Under the pieces are notes generated by a model. The model made no database searches, was not told where the DNA came from, and saw only the letters and a list, made by a program, of their open reading frames with translations. Positions 57,549 through 63,840 of a stretch of DNA of 63,840 nucleotides are shown piece after piece. Location of the stretch: the NCBI GenBank assembly GCA_905372495.1, contig CAJPPG010000001.1, positions 1 to 63,840 of the forward strand, given 5' to 3'. The position numbers were made by a program, and so were the translations under genes. Positions within the stretch are counted from its first letter, which is position 1; each line of letters opens with the position of its first letter. The DNA comes from Candidatus Saccharimonadota bacterium (GTDB lineage: Bacteria; Patescibacteriota; Saccharimonadia; Saccharimonadales; Saccharimonadaceae).

Positions 57549-60500
57549 ATGCCAAATCATGAAGGTCTACCACTAAAGGCTCAGGATAATTCACGAGAAG
57601 CTTATAATTCTATTCATGATGAACCAGAATATCAAAAAGAACTTCAGCGAAAAAGAGTAAATGCTATCTATTCTAGTGTTCTCACACTCATCAGTTTTCA
57701 GGAAAGAAAAAAGCCAGAGTTTAAGGAGCCTTTAGTCACCCCATATTATGAAAAAGCATTAAGGGATCAGAAGCGGGCTGAGCGGATTGCCAAAAAAGAA
57801 GCTCTTGAAGCTGGTGAACCAGTAAGAAAAATTGAAAAAATCCCTGGCGAAAACCCAAAAGATAGAAAGAATTATGCTTATCTTGAACGTCTTGACCTGG
57901 CGATCGAACGTGGTGGTAATAAACTTGAAAAGAGAATTTGGCAAGAATCCATCAAAAATTTTGCTCCAATTATTGAAAAAGAGAATATTAATAATAAATC
58001 TTGGCTCCAACTTAAGAAGGCTTTTGATGATAATCGTAAAGGGCAAGGCCTTCCTCCTATCGAATATACGGAGTCTGAGATGAATAAAGACTATGAAAGA
58101 CTTCGTCAAGATCAGGTAGATTCCATAAACAGTTGGACGGAATATCTCGGCAATAAAGAAGTTTCTTTTCCCACTTGGTTCAAGATTTATGCTTTTAATA
58201 GCGTGATCAAGATGGGTAGGTATAATCAGCTAGATGGTAAATATGAAAACCGTGACAAATCCACCATCGCTCCCTATCCAAAAGTTAGCCCAGCAGCTCT
58301 TGCTCTTACACTTGATGCGGTTAACGATTTTTTCGGGCAAGATAAAGAGAAATGGTTTACAGAGCATACCGATGATGACCAACTTAACGCAATTGTAAAA
58401 TCCGGAAATTTTGGCAAGATTTACACGCATTTTTTTAAAGAAACTTATAAACCTATCCCTACACCTGAGCGTACAGAAGACATAAAGGGGGAATGGTTTG
58501 ACTTTTATCCTGGACAAGAGACTGAGTTAGCCGAAGCCGCTCAGGGCACACCCTGGTGTATTGCTAGTGAACATCAGGGCGCATATTATCTAAAAACTAA
58601 TTTGAATATTGCGAATAATAAGGCTAGGTTTAGACTCTTTAAGTTGGAAAATGAAAGTAGTGTAGATGGTATGTCAAAAACCGCCTGTGCCTATATTCGT
58701 TTTAACACAGAAGGAAAAGTCGACGAGATTTCTGGTCTTAAGAATGGAGATAGACAAACAATTGAGGACTCTCTTATTCCTATTGTCGAGCAAGAGGTCC
58801 TTAAATATCCTCTTAACCCAGAAAAACATTTTAAAGAAAAATTTAGGGATAAAAAAGAGCTTATTAGATTGCAGGATAAAGCTAAAAAAGGCGAAGAACT
58901 CACTCTTGACGAATACGCATTTTTATACGAAAAAAATCGTGAAATTTTTACTTTAGATACTTACAAGGGTCCCGATCTGAAAATTGCAGAACTAAGAAAT
59001 ATCTATAACCTATCAAGATTGTTGCAGGGTGAAGATAAAGATGCTATCGATCAAGATTTATTAATACAAAAGCTCGAGTGTGTTCTTGAAAAAACCAGTA
59101 GTAATGACATAGTTGCTAATTTTGATACTCTCCTCGAAAAAGGTTTTGACATTAATACTATCCTTAATAAGATGGACAGTCATGGTATTTCATGCCATAT
59201 CGATACTCTCCTCGAAAAAGGTATCGATATTAATGCTATTTTTAATAAGCTGAATAGTGATGATGTTTCACAAAGCCTCGATACTCTCCTCGAAAAAGGT
59301 TTTGACATTAATACTATCTTTAATAAGCTGGATAGTCATGGCATTTCATCATATAATATCGATACTTTTCTCGAAAAAGGTATCAATATTAATACTATCT
59401 TTAATAAGTTGAATAGTCATGGTGTTTCACAAAACCTCAATACTCTTCTCGAAAATGGTATCGATATTAATACTATCTTTAATAAGTTAGATAGCTATAA
59501 CATTTCACGAACCCTTGATGCTCTTCTAGAAAAAGGTATCAATATTAATACTATCTTTAATAAGCTAGATAATTATGATATTACGAAAAATCTTACTATT
59601 CTTCTCGAAAATGGTATCGATGTCAACGTTATCTTTGACAAGTTGGATAGTTATGATATTACGAAAAACCTCGATACTTTCCTTGAAAAAGGCATCAATT
59701 TTAATACTATCTTCAATAAGCTAGGTAGTTATGGTATTTCGCAAAGTATCAATGCTCTTCTAGAAAACGGTATCGATATTAACGTTATCTTTGATAAGTT
59801 GGATAGTTATGGTGTTTCATATCATTTAGATACTCTTCTAGAAAACGGTATCGACATTAACGCAGCCTTCAATAAGTTGGATAGTTATGGTGTTTCACAA
59901 AATCTCAATACTCTTCTTGAGAACGGTGTCGACGTTAATAGGGTCTTTAATAGGTTGAATAGTGATGGTATTTCGCTAAATTTTGAGTTACTTGCGAATC
60001 ATGATATCCCTATCAATCTTCTTATTTCAAAAATGGACCTTCAAGGGATTGAGTCGCATCTAGATGCTATTCAGACTGATCCAGCCGATATTAAAGCCGC
60101 TCAGTCAATCATTTACCGTGATGTAATCATTGATGGTATTGAAGAATTTTCTCTGGAGAATATTAATTACGATGTAATTTACGATAAAATTCTAGACAAT
60201 CAATTAGATTTAGTTATTAAAGGTGGTAATTTAGAGCTAGCTATAAATAAAGTGATAGAAGAAACGCTCTCTGATAGCCTCAAAACATTTTTAGAGCAAC
60301 ACCCTACTGATTTTAATAATATTAAGCCCGAATTATATAGCAAATTAGTCTCAGAGTTTATAGAGTCTTATATAGACAGTGATGAAGTTGCAAGATTGAA
60401 CGATGATCGTGTGATTAGGTCCCTTGTTGGTCCTGATCTTATTTATAATTTAAATAACCTTCTTCAGGTAATGTCAATTGATCGCATAGTTGCCAATATG

Positions 60501-60560
60501 CGCCCAGCCGATATTGAAACTTATCATGACGAATTAGTCGCCCACGGTGCTACTCTTTAG
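57549..60560 (+). CDS. Large hypothetical protein with a GTPWC motif and a tandem 26-aa repeat region
   Basis: 1003-aa ORF without a signal peptide; AQGTPWCIA; repeats DTLLEKGIDINTIFNKLDS. Confidence 0.85.
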   Translation: MPNHEGLPLKAQDNSREAYNSIHDEPEYQKELQRKRVNAIYSSVLTLISFQERKKPEFKEPLVTPYYEKALRDQKRAERIAKKEALEAGEPVRKIEKIPGENPKDRKNYAYLERLDLAIERGGNKLEKRIWQESIKNFAPIIEKENINNKSWLQLKKAFDDNRKGQGLPPIEYTESEMNKDYERLRQDQVDSINSWTEYLGNKEVSFPTWFKIYAFNSVIKMGRYNQLDGKYENRDKSTIAPYPKVSPAALALTLDAVNDFFGQDKEKWFTEHTDDDQLNAIVKSGNFGKIYTHFFKETYKPIPTPERTEDIKGEWFDFYPGQETELAEAAQGTPWCIASEHQGAYYLKTNLNIANNKARFRLFKLENESSVDGMSKTACAYIRFNTEGKVDEISGLKNGDRQTIEDSLIPIVEQEVLKYPLNPEKHFKEKFRDKKELIRLQDKAKKGEELTLDEYAFLYEKNREIFTLDTYKGPDLKIAELRNIYNLSRLLQGEDKDAIDQDLLIQKLECVLEKTSSNDIVANFDTLLEKGFDINTILNKMDSHGISCHIDTLLEKGIDINAIFNKLNSDDVSQSLDTLLEKGFDINTIFNKLDSHGISSYNIDTFLEKGININTIFNKLNSHGVSQNLNTLLENGIDINTIFNKLDSYNISRTLDALLEKGININTIFNKLDNYDITKNLTILLENGIDVNVIFDKLDSYDITKNLDTFLEKGINFNTIFNKLGSYGISQSINALLENGIDINVIFDKLDSYGVSYHLDTLLENGIDINAAFNKLDSYGVSQNLNTLLENGVDVNRVFNRLNSDGISLNFELLANHDIPINLLISKMDLQGIESHLDAIQTDPADIKAAQSIIYRDVIIDGIEEFSLENINYDVIYDKILDNQLDLVIKGGNLELAINKVIEETLSDSLKTFLEQHPTDFNNIKPELYSKLVSEFIESYIDSDEVARLNDDRVIRSLVGPDLIYNLNNLLQVMSIDRIVANMRPADIETYHDELVAHGATL
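59121..60060 (+). repeat. About 12 tandem 78-bp (26-aa) coding repeats
   Basis: Recurrent GATACTCTCCTCGAAAAAGG...AATAAG units; one unit is 27 aa and the last is degenerate. Confidence 0.92.
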
Positions 60561-60591
60561 TATTAAATCTTGTTATGGTATAATAGCGGAG

Positions 60592-61629
60592 ATGAAATTA
60601 AATGCATCTTACTACAGGTTCTTCTGTGGTTTTAGTATCAGTGTTTTTATTATAACTCTAGCTCTAGGTGTCTTTTTTAGTATGCGCCCGACTTATGCTG
60701 AGTCGAATAATTCCGATAATGGTATTGTTTCTGACAGCCATTTTGTTACTTTTTATGACGATTCGAAGTCTCTTACAATTAAAACCAGCGCCAAGACCGT
60801 CAAAGAGGCTCTCGAGCGTGCCAAAATAGCATATCATGACACGGATCGTGTCGAGCCGGCTCTTACTGATGAAATTAATTCCGATAATTTCCGTATTAAT
60901 ATTTATCGTTCTCGTCCAGTCATTATCAAGGCAGGTACCACCAGTAAATTTATTATGTCCGCCAGTCTTGATCCAAAAGAAATTGCCCGCGATGCCGGCA
61001 TTACTATTTATGATGGCGACGAATTAAAATTAATATCCGGTCAAAACATCCTTGAGTCCGGTGTTGCTACCACTTATCAACTCACTCGTAACGGCGGCCG
61101 CACTATCACTATCGAAGAGGATATCCCCTATGCTGAAAAAACCGTCAATGACGGCGCCTTGGCTACTGGTCAGACCAATCTTCGTCAGGTCGGGGAACTA
61201 GGTCGTAAGAGTTCTGTCTACCGTGTCAATTTTGTTGATGGTAAGGAAGTTTCTCGTGAACTGATTAGTTCTGAAACTATCAAAAACCCAGTTGATCGCA
61301 TCACTGCAGTTGGTATGAAAAAATCAGTTCCTCCCGAGTGGGAGGCCTGTGCCTCTTATGCTCGTGCCGCTGGTATTTCCGAAGCCGATCTCCATGTTGC
61401 ACTCACGCTTATCTACCGTGAGTCGGGTTGTCGTTTTGATGCCACAAATGCTAGTACCGGTGCCTATGGTATTCCTCAGGCCCTACCAGGGTCAAAAATG
61501 GCCAGTGCTGGCGCAGACTGGCAGACCAACCCAGTCACGCAAATTCGTTGGATGATTGGCTACGTGACCGGGCGATATGGTGGCTGGAATCAGGCTTGGA
61601 GTTTCTGGCAATCACGTCACTGGTACTAG
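60592..61629 (+). CDS. RpfB/YabE-like protein: DUF348, G5 and lytic transglycosylase domains
   Basis: TVKEALE, G5 pattern, RESG...ATN.STGAYGIPQALP.SKM, TNPVTQIRW...GRYG; upstream of rsmA. Confidence 0.88.
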   Translation: MKLNASYYRFFCGFSISVFIITLALGVFFSMRPTYAESNNSDNGIVSDSHFVTFYDDSKSLTIKTSAKTVKEALERAKIAYHDTDRVEPALTDEINSDNFRINIYRSRPVIIKAGTTSKFIMSASLDPKEIARDAGITIYDGDELKLISGQNILESGVATTYQLTRNGGRTITIEEDIPYAEKTVNDGALATGQTNLRQVGELGRKSSVYRVNFVDGKEVSRELISSETIKNPVDRITAVGMKKSVPPEWEACASYARAAGISEADLHVALTLIYRESGCRFDATNASTGAYGIPQALPGSKMASAGADWQTNPVTQIRWMIGYVTGRYGGWNQAWSFWQSRHWY

Positions 61630-61635
61630 GAGAAC

Positions 61636-62424
61636 TTGATGCTACAGAATAAGAAACATCTTGGACAGAATTGGCTTAAACATCGGCCTATTCTAGAGGA
61701 AATTGCTGAGAGTGCAGTAGTCTTAACGAACGATCCTGAGAATACTCAGCCACTCTGTTTAGAGATTGGTCCAGGACTAGGCACTTTGACCAGCTCTCTG
61801 CTTCGTCGCTTTCCTAAAGTTCTTGCTATTGAATATGACGAGAAGCTTGCCACTAATCTACCAAACTTTTTTCCTGGTAAAAATCTCCAAGTTGTTCATC
61901 AAGACTTTCTTCAATTTGACCTCGCACAGATTAAAGAACCCTATGTTGCGGTTGGTAATATCCCATATTACATTACTAGCCCAATCATTCAGAAATTAAT
62001 TTCTGCTTCCAACCCGCCAGAGAAAATTGTTCTACTTATGCAAAAAGAAGTCGCCGATCGTCTACTCTTTGATGTGGGCAGATATACTTATCTTACTCTT
62101 GCCGTTCTTAATTTTGCCGATGTTTACCCAGGAATATTTGTTGACCGCAGTCTCTTCACGCCACCGCCAAAAGTTGACTCAGCTTCTGTAATCTTGGTAC
62201 CTCGCAAGCAGCCTATTGTGGGTCCGGAGGTTTTACATTTTATTAAACAGTGTTTTATGAATCCACGAAAAAAACTAATCACCTGTCTCCCCCATATTAC
62301 TCAAAAATCGCGTGAAGAAATTAAAGAGTTATATCAAATCCTTGGCCTGGAAGAGAACTATCGCCCTGCTGATCTCACTCTTTCTGATTGGCAAAAAGTC
62401 TACGATTTTGCTCGGGAAGCCTAG
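61636..62424 (+). CDS. rsmA: 16S rRNA m6,6A dimethyltransferase
   Basis: KHLGQNWL, LEIGPGLG, GNIPYYITSPI, QKEVADR, FTPPPKVDS. Confidence 0.96.
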   Translation: MMLQNKKHLGQNWLKHRPILEEIAESAVVLTNDPENTQPLCLEIGPGLGTLTSSLLRRFPKVLAIEYDEKLATNLPNFFPGKNLQVVHQDFLQFDLAQIKEPYVAVGNIPYYITSPIIQKLISASNPPEKIVLLMQKEVADRLLFDVGRYTYLTLAVLNFADVYPGIFVDRSLFTPPPKVDSASVILVPRKQPIVGPEVLHFIKQCFMNPRKKLITCLPHITQKSREEIKELYQILGLEENYRPADLTLSDWQKVYDFAREA

Positions 62425-62505
62425 TTCAAGTTGTTGAGATCGGCTAATTATGCTAAGATAAACATAAGCGTTTATCTAATATTTTTATCTAAACAAAGGA
62501 ACAAA

Positions 62506-63780
62506 ATGGATCCAATTCCTCAGCCTCAAAATCAAAATGATGACCATACAATAAGTAGGACTCCTCTACCAACTAATAATCAGGCCCAAACATCTTCACC
62601 AGTATCCAATATCACAACCCCCTCTTCCACTCCTGTTTCTCCTGTAGTACCTGCTTCTAACCCTTCCCATTCTCCGGCTTCAGTTACTGCTACCTCCGCT
62701 TCTTCAACCCCAGTTACTAATACTCCTCCTTCTTCTCCCAGCTCAGCTCAAACTACTTCGCCAGAGCTAGATAGTTTAATGACTGAGCTTAATAATTACC
62801 AACTCACTACGGATGATTTACAACCAGGCGCCCAACAAGAGACTTTTGTGAACTCCGCATCAACCTCTCCACTTTCCTCACTTACGCCAACTGACCCCAC
62901 GCTCTCCGTAGCCTCTTTCTCGGCTACTCCTAATCCATCTGATTCAGGCCTCGCATCTGGTCCAGTCCAAAATCAGCAGTCTGGTCCAGTCTTAGATTCT
63001 GCTTCGCCTACAGTCTCTGCCTCAACGCCACTCGGCACTGAGATGACGATTGACAGCGACCAGGCGCCACAATCAGGACAACCTGAAGTTGGTGATGATG
63101 AGAACAAGGAAGATCAGGAAGATCAGCCTCTCGTGGCGGCCGCTCCGACTCCAGGCTCTATCGGTAGCGCCATCTCTTATGCTGATTTTGAAAAGAAACA
63201 AGCCGAAGAAGCTGCCAAGAAGGTCAAGAATCAAAATAAGTCAAAGATTAAATTGAATCGCACCACCATTTTGATTATTGTCGCCGCTGCTCTCTTTGTC
63301 ATTGCTGGAATCATTCTTGCCTTGATGTTTTTAAGTGAGCCACAGAAGAAACCTACTCAAGCCACTGGCAAAAATCAAGTCGAGAAGGCTTCGACAAAAA
63401 TGCTGACCTGTGTTCGTCCACTAAGTACCAATGAGTCAACCGAAGTTGGCGCGGCGTACGGTAATTTTGAACGGCAGTTTACTTTTGAAAATGATAACCT
63501 TAGCGGCATTTCTGAGCAGTATGTTTATCAATATAATAGTGAGAATGAAGCGGTTACTGCAAAGACTTCACTTGATGCAACTATTAAATCCGATGGAAAT
63601 ACTCAAGTTACAACCGAGATTAATCTCAATCAGTTAAAGAAAAAGTCAGTTATTGCGGGAAGTAATCTAGACAACTACCTCAAGTCCTTATCTGAATTTA
63701 GCTCCATTACTACCTATGATCTAAATTCTCTGATGTCAGCCGAGAATCAAACTGGACTCTCTTGCTCCACAATTGAATAA
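62506..63780 (+). CDS. Membrane protein with an S/T/P-rich cytoplasmic N-terminus, one TM and an extracellular domain
   Basis: AAAGGA SD before ATG 62506; TM TILIIVAAALFVIAGIILALMFL. Confidence 0.75.
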   Translation: MDPIPQPQNQNDDHTISRTPLPTNNQAQTSSPVSNITTPSSTPVSPVVPASNPSHSPASVTATSASSTPVTNTPPSSPSSAQTTSPELDSLMTELNNYQLTTDDLQPGAQQETFVNSASTSPLSSLTPTDPTLSVASFSATPNPSDSGLASGPVQNQQSGPVLDSASPTVSASTPLGTEMTIDSDQAPQSGQPEVGDDENKEDQEDQPLVAAAPTPGSIGSAISYADFEKKQAEEAAKKVKNQNKSKIKLNRTTILIIVAAALFVIAGIILALMFLSEPQKKPTQATGKNQVEKASTKMLTCVRPLSTNESTEVGAAYGNFERQFTFENDNLSGISEQYVYQYNSENEAVTAKTSLDATIKSDGNTQVTTEINLNQLKKKSVIAGSNLDNYLKSLSEFSSITTYDLNSLMSAENQTGLSCSTIE

Positions 63781-63840
63781 ACTTAAAAACAAACTGGAGA
63801 GGCTTCAAGGTGCCTCTCTGTTTTTTACTACATTTTTTGT

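Noticed and set aside
59121..60060. Second CRISPR array or DGR template/variable repeats
   Set aside because: These are in-frame coding repeats without unique spacers, and there is no reverse transcriptase in the window.
3590..63637. Numerous short alternative-frame and antisense ORFs in the track (e.g. 3913..4398, 8992..9408, 25369..25923, 30885..31358)
   Set aside because: They are shadows of well-supported genes, with no independent motifs or start signals.

Overview
Bacterial chromosomal segment (standard genetic code). Gene content and style suggest a reduced Patescibacteria/Saccharibacteria (TM7) genome, which is an inference: SSB ends EPIDLSEVPF, there is an XRE-HTH-MurA fusion, HolA and TlyA are shortened, and there are many large low-complexity surface proteins. 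The window opens with a type II-C CRISPR locus: the 3' end of cas9, cas1, cas2, and 11 identical 36-bp repeats with 10 30-bp spacers. Its distal repeat abuts phage-like small ORFs and a dinD fragment. Next come an OmpR/HK two-component operon, a CpsA/B/C-D-like capsule-regulation module, an orphan ~270-nt structured transcription unit, and an amber-interrupted DUF1771-like gene followed by a cassette of three paralogous modules. Housekeeping blocks follow (aspS, uppP, rpsT, holA, mutM, truB-rpsO-pnp, ftsK, rpsF-ssb-rpsR-efp-tlyA, rnj, gpmI, murA, pcrA, rsmA), together with a probable decayed island at tRNA-Leu(CAG) and a 1003-aa protein carrying about twelve 26-aa repeats. The most notable signals are the CRISPR end joined to phage-like coding DNA, two adjacent spacers that tile one protospacer region, the candidate structured ncRNA, and pervasive leaderless promoter architecture. 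All product calls come from motif recognition by eye, with no database searches.
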